Source: a virus
Taxonomy: Duplodnaviria; Heunggongvirae; Uroviricota; Caudoviricetes
Virus record (IMG/VR): IMGVR_UViG_3300035701_007101
Strand: one strand, 5' to 3'
DNA length: 64,000 bases
Shown: positions 30,124 to 39,272 of the stretch, one piece after another
How the letters are laid out: every line of letters starts with the position of its first letter
Position numbering within the stretch: the stretch's first letter is position 1
Notes under the pieces: model-generated
The model's database searches: none
Seen by the model: the letters and a program-made list of their open reading frames with translations, nothing else
What the model was told of the DNA's origin: nothing
Translations under genes and position numbers: made by a program

Positions 30124-30363
30124 ATGTCTGATGTAACAAAGTATCTTGATGAAGTGACTGAGGCAGTAAATGAAGCAAAAAATAACTGCGTAATGTTTGT
30201 TGATGAAGGTATCATGTCTGCAGGATCAAATGCTCGTAAATCATTGATAACTGCAAGAAAGTCGATTAATGCATTGCGGAAAGTAATTCTTGCAAGCCAA
30301 AAAGAAACAAAGCAAGCAAGGAAAGCTGCAAAAATTGACAAATCAAAAAAGAAATCAGAATAA
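30124..30363 (+). CDS. histone H1-like (Hc1-like) small basic protein
   Basis: GIMSAGSNARKSL...LRK pattern, Lys-rich tail; AAGGAG RBS. Confidence 0.65.
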   Translation: MSDVTKYLDEVTEAVNEAKNNCVMFVDEGIMSAGSNARKSLITARKSINALRKVILASQKETKQARKAAKIDKSKKKSE

Positions 30364-30372
30364 GAGGTTAAA

Positions 30373-30630
30373 ATGATAGTAAGACAAATAGGTGATTCTG
30401 CTTGTGGAGAATTAGTAGTTACACCTGATGACAAAATTGGTAGAGCTGATGCACGATTGGTTTCATTATTGACTAGAATTAATCGAGTGATAAAAGGAAC
30501 AGATTCTTTTTATCACTGCGAAGACGTGTTCAAAACTGGTGATCATACGATTTTGAAATTTGATTGGGCAAAGAAAGATGAACTAATAAGGATTGTCAGA
30601 TTGAATTCATTTTCTGTGACTACAAAATGA
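30373..30630 (+). CDS. hypothetical protein
   Basis: GAGG RBS. Confidence 0.6.
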   Translation: MIVRQIGDSACGELVVTPDDKIGRADARLVSLLTRINRVIKGTDSFYHCEDVFKTGDHTILKFDWAKKDELIRIVRLNSFSVTTK

Positions 30631-30854
30631 AAGAATTAACAAGAGCAGAAATTAGAAAACAAACAAGTATTTGGATACAATTATTATTTGATAATAATTT
30701 GCATCCAAATACTGTTAATCATTATGCAGAACTTTTGTCTGAAGAAATTTATAATGTTGAAATAAAAGGTGATAAAATAACTGATATAAAATTGAAATCA
30801 CTGTTTAAAGATATTGAAGAAAAGGAAAAAGATAATGGAAGAGAAAAAAGCTGA
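30627..30854 (+). CDS. hypothetical protein
   Basis: ATGA overlap. Confidence 0.55.
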   Translation: MKELTRAEIRKQTSIWIQLLFDNNLHPNTVNHYAELLSEEIYNVEIKGDKITDIKLKSLFKDIEEKEKDNGREKS

Positions 30855-31068
30855 AAAAACTGAAAGTATAACAATACCTCTGACTGACTACGTTTCAATT
30901 CAATTAACAACATTTGATGATGAAATAGCTGCCCAAGAAGTTATAAAGGCTCAAGCTAATTTAGCTATCGCTCAATTAAAGAAAAAGAAAACAGAAGCTA
31001 TTATAAACTTTCATCATGATAGATTGACAAAGCAGATTGATGCTGGAAAAAAGAAAAAAGAAAATTAA
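30835..31068 (+). CDS. hypothetical protein ending KKKEN
   Basis: ATG 30835 after AAGGA. Confidence 0.6.
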   Translation: MEEKKAEKTESITIPLTDYVSIQLTTFDDEIAAQEVIKAQANLAIAQLKKKKTEAIINFHHDRLTKQIDAGKKKKEN

Positions 31069-31095
31069 TTATTTCTACTGCTCTTTAATAGAATA
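31051..31095 (+). repeat. 45-bp gene-end/intergenic duplication, copy 1
   Basis: aagaaaaaagaaaattaat-ta-tttctact-g-ctctttaatagaata; 41/45 match to 37531-37574. Confidence 0.7.
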
Positions 31096-31135
31096 TTTAA
31101 AAGTAATTATTGACATATAAGGATATAGAAAACTT

Positions 31136-31387
31136 ATGACAAACTTTGAAGATTCTTATGATCAAGACGGTGAGCTCTATTTTGTTGATAGTTTTTCTGA
31201 TGAAGAAGAATTTATTATTAATGATGATGAAGTAGATCCTGACATTGAAGACATAGTCAAGTTACATAATGAATGTATTGACGATGATGTTATTATTGAC
31301 TGTGATGAAGACAGTGAATTTGACCAATCAGAATATGAAGAAGATTCTAGCCCTCAAAATTCCCAAGAAGATTACGAAAATTTGTAA
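31136..31387 (+). CDS. highly acidic small protein
   Basis: D/E-rich 83 aa. Confidence 0.6.
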   Translation: MTNFEDSYDQDGELYFVDSFSDEEEFIINDDEVDPDIEDIVKLHNECIDDDVIIDCDEDSEFDQSEYEEDSSPQNSQEDYENL

Positions 31388-31499
31388 TTACATTTCAAAA
31401 GCTTTTTAATCTTTTTATCTTTATTATTATAGTGTATTTATAATTTCTAAAATAATTAGCAATGCGATTGACATGTAAACTTCTATAGGAGAATATTCT

Positions 31500-32267
31500 A
31501 TGTGGTCTTTTTCACCAAAAATTAATTACATAAAATATGGATGGAAACCTGATTTACCTGATCATAGAGATTTTGAATATGCATTGCATTTTACTGCACC
31601 GGCAGTAATTCCCCAAACTGTTGATTTAAGAAAACAATGTTCAAAAGTAGAAGATCAAGGACAATTAGGCTCTTGCACTGCTAATGCTTTAGTAGGAAAT
31701 TTAGAGCTTTTAGAAATCAAATCTGCAACTAGTTTTATTGATTTATCTCGTCTTTTTGTTTATTACAATGAAAGAGAACTAGATTATACTACTTCTCAAG
31801 ACAGTGGATCTTACTTAAGAACTGGTATCAAAACATTAGCGGCAAAAGGCATCTGTACTGAAAAAAGTTGGCCCTATGATATAAAAAAATTTACAAATAA
31901 ACCATTGCCAAAATGTTATCAAGAAGCATTATCTCATAAAATAACAAAATATGTTAGAATAAATACTCTTAATGAGATGCTTCAATGTTTAGCTGATGGT
32001 TATCCCTTTGTATTTGGTTTTACTGTATATGATTATTTTGAGTCTGCTGACATGGCAAATACAGGCATTTTACATATACCAACAAAATATGAACAAGTTT
32101 TAGGTGGTCATGCAGTTATGGCTTGTGGATATGATCAATCAAAAAAGATGATACTTGCTCGTAATTCATGGGGCACATTATGGGGATTAGAAGGATATTT
32201 TTGGATGCCATTTGATTATGTTTCAAATAGATCTTTATCTGACGATTTTTGGACAATAAGAAAGTAA
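31500..32267 (+). CDS. papain-like (C1A) cysteine peptidase
   Basis: DQGQLGSCTANA, GGHAVMACGY, RNSWG. Confidence 0.93.
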   Translation: MWSFSPKINYIKYGWKPDLPDHRDFEYALHFTAPAVIPQTVDLRKQCSKVEDQGQLGSCTANALVGNLELLEIKSATSFIDLSRLFVYYNERELDYTTSQDSGSYLRTGIKTLAAKGICTEKSWPYDIKKFTNKPLPKCYQEALSHKITKYVRINTLNEMLQCLADGYPFVFGFTVYDYFESADMANTGILHIPTKYEQVLGGHAVMACGYDQSKKMILARNSWGTLWGLEGYFWMPFDYVSNRSLSDDFWTIRK

Positions 32268-32278
32268 TAGGAGAAAAT

Positions 32279-33601
32279 ATGTACAAACATTTTGCTCAAA
32301 TTTGTAATGAGTTTTTAAAAATAGCTACGCCATGGTGGTCAGGTCAAACATTTATGCACCCAGAAACCAAGCATAGAGTTAAGTTTAAATCATTACCTAT
32401 TGAAGAACAAAAAAGGTTAAATGATCTTCATAAAAAGACAACTCAAAAATTAGATGATAAAAGCAAATTACGTTCTATGAAAGAAGAAATAAAACAAAAG
32501 CGCAAGCAAGATCGTGAAGAAGAAAAAGTGCAAAAGCTTAAAAATATTAAACCAGAAACACATCCAAATTTTTTTACTGATGATGGTACTCGTTTAGACA
32601 CTACACATGGTATAAGAACTGGTTTTAAAGTTGTAAAAAATCCAGAATGGAATGCTAAAAAAGATGATAATTTTTATGCACTTGATGTTAATCCTAAAAC
32701 TAACAGGCAGACTTATTACTATACAGAAAATTACATGAAAAAGCATAAAAAAGTTAAGTTTGCTAATGTAAAGCGTTTTATGGAGTTATTATCTGGAATT
32801 CGTGAAAAATATATGAAAGATTTAAAAAGTTCAGAATCAAGGCGAAGAACTTATTCAACAGCTATTGCTCTTGTTGACAAATGTGCAATGAGAGTTGGTA
32901 ATAAAAAGAGTGAACAAAATGATGTTAGAGGTCTTCATAACTTAGAAGTAAAACACATGGATATTTCTGGTAATCAGATAAGTCTTCATTATACTGGAAA
33001 AGACAAAGTTGAACAACATCATAAGTTTATTGTAGATGATACAATTAAAAACAACTTATTAGATTTAGTGAAGGACAAAGGACCTGAAGACTCTATTTTT
33101 ACTTTTGAAAAATTAGGTCGTGTAAAAAGAATAACACCAAGATTTGTTAATAGATATTTAAAGAATGATTTAGGTTCTAATGTCACTGTCCATAAATTTA
33201 GACATGCAAATGGTACTAGAATTGCAAAAGAGTATTTAGATGGTATAGATACAAATAAAATGACTACTAATGATGTTAAGTTGGTAATGAGTGATGCAAT
33301 TAGTAAAGTAGCTGATTTTTTAGGTAATACACCAGTAGCAGCTAAAAAACATTATATTGATACTACAATTTTTGAAGATTTTCTTAAGAAGGGAAATTTT
33401 AAAGTGAAACTAAAAGACGTGCTTAAAGGAGTAGCTTCTTCAAGTAATATGAAAAAGACAGCAAGTGATTCTTCTTTTGTATTTTCAGCAACATCAACTA
33501 ATTCGTCTTTAACGTCTGAAGAGAAAAAATTTGCTGATGATATTAATGAAATTAAGCTTGAAGAGCTTCAACCTTATGAAGATCTTGAAAGTATTGATTA
33601 A
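32279..33601 (+). CDS. DNA topoisomerase IB with N-terminal leader related to MKHLA module
   Basis: MRVGN, YTGKDK, VHKFRH, LGNTP...KKHYID catalytic residues; ATG 32279 after AGGAG. Confidence 0.9.
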   Translation: MYKHFAQICNEFLKIATPWWSGQTFMHPETKHRVKFKSLPIEEQKRLNDLHKKTTQKLDDKSKLRSMKEEIKQKRKQDREEEKVQKLKNIKPETHPNFFTDDGTRLDTTHGIRTGFKVVKNPEWNAKKDDNFYALDVNPKTNRQTYYYTENYMKKHKKVKFANVKRFMELLSGIREKYMKDLKSSESRRRTYSTAIALVDKCAMRVGNKKSEQNDVRGLHNLEVKHMDISGNQISLHYTGKDKVEQHHKFIVDDTIKNNLLDLVKDKGPEDSIFTFEKLGRVKRITPRFVNRYLKNDLGSNVTVHKFRHANGTRIAKEYLDGIDTNKMTTNDVKLVMSDAISKVADFLGNTPVAAKKHYIDTTIFEDFLKKGNFKVKLKDVLKGVASSSNMKKTASDSSFVFSATSTNSSLTSEEKKFADDINEIKLEELQPYEDLESID

Positions 33602-33612
33602 ATTTGTAACAA

Positions 33613-33640
33613 TTGACAAAAAATGACATATTATTATAAT
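33613..33640 (+). promoter_or_regulatory. sigma70-like promoter
   Basis: TTGACA-16 nt-TATAAT. Confidence 0.7.
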
Positions 33641-33674
33641 AATAATATACGGTAGTGATTATCGGAAGTGCTTT

Positions 33675-33724
33675 TGGAGTTGTCTAGTTGTAAATAGAAG
33701 TGTTGAAGAGAGAAGTTACTTTTG
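33675..33724 (+). repeat. 50-bp dispersed element, copy 2
   Basis: tggagttgtctagttgtaaatagaagtgttgaagagagaagttacttttg. Confidence 0.9.
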
Positions 33725-33744
33725 ATATACTGATTTTGGCAATT

Positions 33745-34119
33745 ATGAAAAAAGAAGAATTACAAAAGCTCATTAATTTAGCAATTAGCAAATGTAATGA
33801 TTCTATAACAACTGATTGGTTAGCATATTGTATGCTCTCATCAGTTGATTTTGAAGTTTTAGATGAGAAAATTGTAGAAATTAAAAAATCAATTAAGGAC
33901 GGTATTCCGCCCGTCGGTCAAATATTATTAATTGACAACGACTTTTATGACAGTCAAAGTCAAAATTGGAAAGATGAATATCGATTAATATGTATAAATG
34001 AATTTTCAATTTGTATCGAAGAGATAATTGATATTAACTTTTTTGATGAAAATTTTGTTGTCATAAAAATCAGAAAAATTTTTCTAAAATTTGATGATCC
34101 CGATAAAAACCTACAATAA
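33745..34119 (+). CDS. hypothetical protein
   Basis: ORF 33700-34119; ATG at 33745 preferred. Confidence 0.5.
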   Translation: MKKEELQKLINLAISKCNDSITTDWLAYCMLSSVDFEVLDEKIVEIKKSIKDGIPPVGQILLIDNDFYDSQSQNWKDEYRLICINEFSICIEEIIDINFFDENFVVIKIRKIFLKFDDPDKNLQ

Positions 34120-34172
34120 TTTCTACTTTTCTCACCTATCTTGTAAATAAATTTTAACGTTTTGGAAAAATT

Positions 34173-35663
34173 ATGTATGTAAATGAGCAACAGAAGCGTG
34201 CCATTATAGATGTAATTAGTTTGCTCAAAAATCAGTTTGACATTAAAGATAATGATTCAACTGTTATTGATCAATCATTAAATGAAAAACAACTGCAAAT
34301 TGATAAAAAAGATCAAGAATTAACTATAAAAGAAAATAAATTTAGACAGTTGACTAGCAAGGAACTTAATCAGATTAGACAACATAAAAATAGTATAAGA
34401 AAGCAACAATTTGAAATTAAGCAACAATTAGAAGATATTAATAAAAAACTATACGCTTTATCGAGTCAAGAACAATCTGTAAAAAAAGCATTTGATGAAT
34501 TAAAAGAAAAAGATCAAGAATTTTTTCAACAGCTTGAACAAATATCAGGTATTTCAAAAGATGATGCAATAAAATTACTTTGCTCTAAATTAGAAAATGA
34601 AGCGAGAATAAGAGCAAACAATATAATCAAACAAATTATTAATGAAGCTAATAATAATGCTCAAGTTGAAGCAAAAAATATTTTACTGTATGCAATTCAA
34701 AAAGAAGCAATTAATGTTGTTTCTGAATTTGCAACTTGCACAATTGATCTACCCAATGAAGCAATAAAGGGTAAGATTATTGGTAGAGAAGGTCGAAATG
34801 TTAGGCTATTTGAAGAATTAACAGGTGTGTCAGTTATAATTGATGATTCACCTGAAATTGTTGTTTTATCGTGTTATGATCCTATTAAAAGAGATATTGC
34901 TAAGATAGCAATGCAAAAATTAATTTCAGATGGCAGAATTCATCAAAAAAGAATTGAAGAAGTTATAGAGCAGGCAACAAAACAAATTGATGATGAAATG
35001 AAAAATGTTGCAATTAAGATGTTGAATAAATTTCAAATAGTTGATATTCATCCTGAAATTATAAAATTAATTGGCAAATTGAAATATAGATCAAGCTATT
35101 CACAGAATGTGTTAGATCATAGTTGTGAAGTTGCATTTATTGCAGGTAATATTGCAGCAGAGTTAAAATTAGATAAAAAGTTATTAACAAGGGCAGGCCT
35201 ACTTCATGATATTGGTAAATCAGTTGATAGATTATTGCCTGGGTCACACCCAGAGTTAGGTGCAGAAATTGCTAAAAATTTTAGTGAATCAGATCAAATT
35301 TGTAAAATGATTGTTGAGCATCATGAAGAGAAAGTGACGTCTATAAATTCATGGATAATTAAAACAGCAGATGTTTTATCATCTGCTAGACCGGGTGTTA
35401 GACAAGATACATTTGATACATATATAAAGAGATTGGAAGATTTAGAAAAAATAGCATTATCATTTAATGGAATAAAAACAGCCTTTGCCATATCAGCAGG
35501 AAGAGAGTTAAGAATAATAGTCAATGCTGAACAAGTAAATGATTCAGACGTTAATGTGTTAGCAGAAAACATTAAAGAAAAAATTGAGAAGACAATGACA
35601 TATCCTGGACAAATTAACGTTGTAGTAGTACGTGAGACAAAATGTTTTAAAATTGCAAACTAA
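34173..35663 (+). CDS. rny: ribonuclease Y (coiled coil + KH + HD), no N-terminal TM helix
   Basis: KGKIIGREGRNVR, LKYRSSYSQNVLDHS, LLHDIGK, ADVLSSARPG, AGRELR, YPGQI. Confidence 0.95.
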   Translation: MYVNEQQKRAIIDVISLLKNQFDIKDNDSTVIDQSLNEKQLQIDKKDQELTIKENKFRQLTSKELNQIRQHKNSIRKQQFEIKQQLEDINKKLYALSSQEQSVKKAFDELKEKDQEFFQQLEQISGISKDDAIKLLCSKLENEARIRANNIIKQIINEANNNAQVEAKNILLYAIQKEAINVVSEFATCTIDLPNEAIKGKIIGREGRNVRLFEELTGVSVIIDDSPEIVVLSCYDPIKRDIAKIAMQKLISDGRIHQKRIEEVIEQATKQIDDEMKNVAIKMLNKFQIVDIHPEIIKLIGKLKYRSSYSQNVLDHSCEVAFIAGNIAAELKLDKKLLTRAGLLHDIGKSVDRLLPGSHPELGAEIAKNFSESDQICKMIVEHHEEKVTSINSWIIKTADVLSSARPGVRQDTFDTYIKRLEDLEKIALSFNGIKTAFAISAGRELRIIVNAEQVNDSDVNVLAENIKEKIEKTMTYPGQINVVVVRETKCFKIAN

Positions 35664-35727
35664 AAAGGAGGTTATGAAAGTATGTAATGTAAATTTGTAA
35701 TTTAAACAATTGTACAAGGAGGCTGTT

Positions 35728-36495
35728 TTGAAGAAATTAAAGATAATTCTTTTTATTGTAGTTTGTGCTTGCGTTACTTTTACAGTATATTATTTTATCA
35801 CAGAGCTTGATACAAAGCTTGATGCATTAAAATTTATACAAATAAAACAACAGGAGGAACACGCAAAAACAAATCAGTTTTTGTTATCGACTATAGATTG
35901 GGCTACAAAACGACAAAAAATGATATTGTTTTCACGAGATATTATTTTCTGTGAACGAAAAAATGTTAAAAATTTCCCTGTAATGCCTCTAGAAGAAGCA
36001 TACTTAATTGCAGAAAGTAATATTAGTGAATGTGAAAAATATGTAAATGTAAATCCGCTTGTACTACTTGCAATGCAACGTTGCGAGTCATTTTTTAATA
36101 AAAAAGCAAAAAGTCCTGCAGGCGCTCTTGGTCTTAATCAGATAATGTCATCAACTGCAAAATTACTTAGTTCAGCAATGCAATTAGATTATAATGATAC
36201 GTTGTTATTTGATATTAAATATAGTGACAAACTTGCTGTTAAATATTTAGATGTGTTGTATACTACATATATGAGCACTGAATTAGCTTTAGCTGATTAT
36301 AATGGCGGTCCAAGAGTTGCGTATTATTATAAAACAAAAAATGAATTGTTACCAAAAGAAACAGCAGAATATGTTCCTTGTGTAATTGACGCATGGAAAA
36401 ATTATGAAAAATTATTTGAAGTATATAAAGTTGATTCAACACTTTTAAATCTTGACTCAACTTTGCGATTTAAAACGATTAAAACCAAAGGATGA
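35728..36495 (+). CDS. membrane-anchored lytic transglycosylase (SLT)
   Basis: N-term TM; RCESFF, AGALGLNQIMSSTA, ALADYNGGP; AAGGAGG RBS before TTG. Confidence 0.85.
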   Translation: MKKLKIILFIVVCACVTFTVYYFITELDTKLDALKFIQIKQQEEHAKTNQFLLSTIDWATKRQKMILFSRDIIFCERKNVKNFPVMPLEEAYLIAESNISECEKYVNVNPLVLLAMQRCESFFNKKAKSPAGALGLNQIMSSTAKLLSSAMQLDYNDTLLFDIKYSDKLAVKYLDVLYTTYMSTELALADYNGGPRVAYYYKTKNELLPKETAEYVPCVIDAWKNYEKLFEVYKVDSTLLNLDSTLRFKTIKTKG

Positions 36496-37412
36496 TTAAT
36501 ATGAAAAAATTCAATGACGGCGAAATAATTTCAGCAATTGTTTTAATAAAATCAGTTGTAAAAGATACTGCAAAATCAGGCAATGATTATTTACGACTTG
36601 AAATCTATGACGGTCAATCTACTATAAATGCATTTGTCTGGGACACTTCAATTTATAATTTCAAAGAAGGCGAAGTCGTCAAATTAAAAGGTAAATATGG
36701 TACATATAATAACAAAGCAAAATTAGATGTGATTGACGTATCTAAAACAACTGAGAAATTAAAATTACCGTCATTGAATTCTTCAGAAAAAGCTGACCTC
36801 ATTAAAAGGTTTAATAAGCTACGAGAATTGATTATTGATGATGATTTCAAATCAATCTTTAGTTCTATATTTGATAATGAAAAAATATGGGAAATGTTTA
36901 TAGCAGCACCTGCAGCAAAATCAAATCATCAAGCATATCTTGGAGGTCTACTTCAACATAGTGTTGAAGTAACTGAATTAGCTTATAATCTATACGAAAA
37001 AGACAAAGCAAATATAAATCTTAGTTTATTAATTACTGGTGCATTATTACATGACATTGGTAAAATAAAAGAATATATATTTGATACTAAGATTGACAGG
37101 TCAACATCAGGTAAATTAGTAGGTCATACGTCACTTGGCTTATTAATCGTAGTCAATTTTTTACCTGAAGAAATACCTGTTAAAAAATCAACAGAATTGT
37201 TTCATTTAATTCTTTCTCATCATGGAAAACGAGAATGGGGCGCACCAATAGAACCTTTAATGAAAGAATCAGTTATCTTACACAATTGTGATATGATTAA
37301 TTCGTATAGTAGTAGATTTAATGAAGTGAAAGAACAAACAAATAACGAATTCTCTGAGTTTGACGAAATTTATAAAAGAAACTGGTATTTGTGGTCAAGT
37401 CATGAAAATTAG
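36492..37412 (+). CDS. YhaM/Cbf1-like 3'-5' exoribonuclease (OB + HD)
   Basis: N-terminal OB fold, HQAYLGGLLQHS, LLHDIGK, ILSHHG, CDMI. Confidence 0.88.
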   Translation: MINMKKFNDGEIISAIVLIKSVVKDTAKSGNDYLRLEIYDGQSTINAFVWDTSIYNFKEGEVVKLKGKYGTYNNKAKLDVIDVSKTTEKLKLPSLNSSEKADLIKRFNKLRELIIDDDFKSIFSSIFDNEKIWEMFIAAPAAKSNHQAYLGGLLQHSVEVTELAYNLYEKDKANINLSLLITGALLHDIGKIKEYIFDTKIDRSTSGKLVGHTSLGLLIVVNFLPEEIPVKKSTELFHLILSHHGKREWGAPIEPLMKESVILHNCDMINSYSSRFNEVKEQTNNEFSEFDEIYKRNWYLWSSHEN

Positions 37413-37548
37413 CTTTTTCTTTGCATTATATGATTTTTGGATTGGGTTGTTCTATGATAAGAAAAAACGAATAATCTATGTGTGTTTAATACCTTGTTGC
37501 GTTATAAAAATAACTCGGATTGAAGCAGATAAGAAAAAAGAAAATTAA
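37402..37548 (+). CDS. small hydrophobic hypothetical protein ending KKKEN
   Basis: FFFALYDFWIGLFYD...IPCCVI; ATG 37402. Confidence 0.6.
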   Translation: MKISFFFALYDFWIGLFYDKKKRIIYVCLIPCCVIKITRIEADKKKEN

Positions 37549-37574
37549 TGTTTCTACTTCTTTTTAATAGAATA
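37531..37574 (+). repeat. gene-end/intergenic duplication, copy 2, directly upstream of tnpB
   Basis: 41/45 match to 31051-31095. Confidence 0.7.
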
Positions 37575-37581
37575 ATAATTT

Positions 37582-39195
37582 ATGTTAACATATAAATTGA
37601 AAATTAAAATTTGTAGCAATTCTAGTTATGTTTTTAAAATGCAGCAAGATTATTCTTTTGCTTTTAGAAAATTGTATTCTAATTTTGATAAAATTAAAGA
37701 CAAAGATTTTATTAAAGAACTTTGTAATAAATATTCTTTAGATTCTTGGCAATTTGAGTCGTTGAGAACAGAAGTTGAGTCAAAAATTTCTAAAACAAAT
37801 GCTTTAAAATTAAATAATATAAAACAGCAAGAAGAATGTTTAGAAGAATTAGAATTACTAAAAGAAAAAGCAGGAAAAAAAGTAAAAAGAAAGAAATTTA
37901 AGTTGCAGGATAAATTGAATAGGTTGAAGCAATTTAGTGATATTGTTTTTGGCAGTAAAGTGTTATTACGAAAGTTGTCTTTTTTGTGTAATGATAAATT
38001 AAATGAAGACGAGATTAAAAAAATAAAAGCCGAGTATCAAAACAAAAGAATTCTACCAATAACAATTGGAGGTGAGACATATCATAAAGGTAATAGAAAG
38101 TTTGATTTTGAATTAGAAAACAATAAAATCATTTTTAAACCAGTTTACAAAACTAAAATACATGTTGAATTCATTTGTTCTAGCAAACAACACACTATTT
38201 TATTACAACTACAAAATTTAATTGATCAAAATAACATTTTACCTGTTACTATAAGATTGTCGACAGAATATATTTGGCTTATGTTTGATGAGGAGATATT
38301 GAATGGTTACGGTTTGAAAGAGAAAGAGTTAAAGCAAGAGTTGAAGTTAGTTGCAAAAGAATGTAAAGAGATGAGAAAAGAGATAGCGAAAAAGTATTAT
38401 AGGGAGCAAGAAAGTAGAAAGTTAGTTGGTAAGATTGGAAATAGGTATTTAGCAATAGATTTGAATCCTGAGTATATTGGTTGGAGTGTTTGTGATAAGA
38501 TTGATGAAGGAATGAAAGTAATTGAAAAATGTTGTTATGATTTGAAAGAGTTATCTAAAAAGCTAAACGTTGAATCTGCGCATCTTGATCAAATTTATCA
38601 GAACAATAAGAGAAAGCATGAAATTTGTTGCTTGATTAAAGATTTGTTTACAAAAGCTACTTATTATAGAGTAGCTTATTTTTGTATAGAAGATTTGAAT
38701 TTTAAGAGTCCAGTTGTAAATGAATTTAGTAAACAATTTAATAGTAAAGTAAAGAATATCTGGCATAGAAATTTGACGTGCAATTTGATAAAGAAGTATT
38801 GTAATTGTTTAGGCATACAAAAGATAGAAGTTAATCCAACTTACACAAGTTTTATTGGAAATATACAGTATGAATATTTTGATCCAATTAATGCTAGTTT
38901 AGAAATTTGTAGAAGAAGTATGTATAAGTTTGAAAAAGGTGCTTTCTTGCCAAAAGTAACTAAAGAAGATCTTGACACCATGAGTAGATTGATTAGTGAT
39001 GATCAGTTGAGGGATGTTCAAGATAAAATTGAGTTATTGAGAAAGTTAAAGTCTTTGAGTAGTTGGCGAGACTTTTTTAATCTTTTCAAACAGATGGGAG
39101 TTAAGTACCGTCGATCGTTGAATGATTTTAAAAAATCATTTGAAAGATATAGTCTTTTTTCATTAAAAAGTAAAGTGCTTTTTTATATTTTTTAA
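37582..39195 (+). mobile_element. tnpB: intact TnpB-like RuvC nuclease (IS200/IS605-related, no transposase nearby, no CxxC finger)
   Basis: KGNRKF, AIDLNPEYIG, IEDL, VNPTYTSFIG, YFDP: all three RuvC acidic residues present. Confidence 0.82.
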
Positions 39196-39207
39196 TAAAA
39201 TTGATAC

Positions 39208-39272
39208 TTAATAGTGTTGAAATAACTTTATGACTGAAACAGCTAGAAAAAAATTTAATAGTGTTGAAATAA
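39208..39272 (+). repeat. 18-bp direct repeat TTAATAGTGTTGAAATAA x2 with 29-nt spacer
   Basis: Exact copies at 39208-39225 and 39255-39272. Confidence 0.9.

Noticed and set aside
31066-37558. TTTCTACT resembling the Cas12a repeat handle (31072, 34120, 37551)
   Set aside because: No following GTAGAT stem and no regular spacing
37582-39272. Bona fide CRISPR-Cas12 locus
   Set aside because: Only two 18-bp repeats, no cas1/cas2, repeat not clearly palindromic; kept as a finding, not a CRISPR feature
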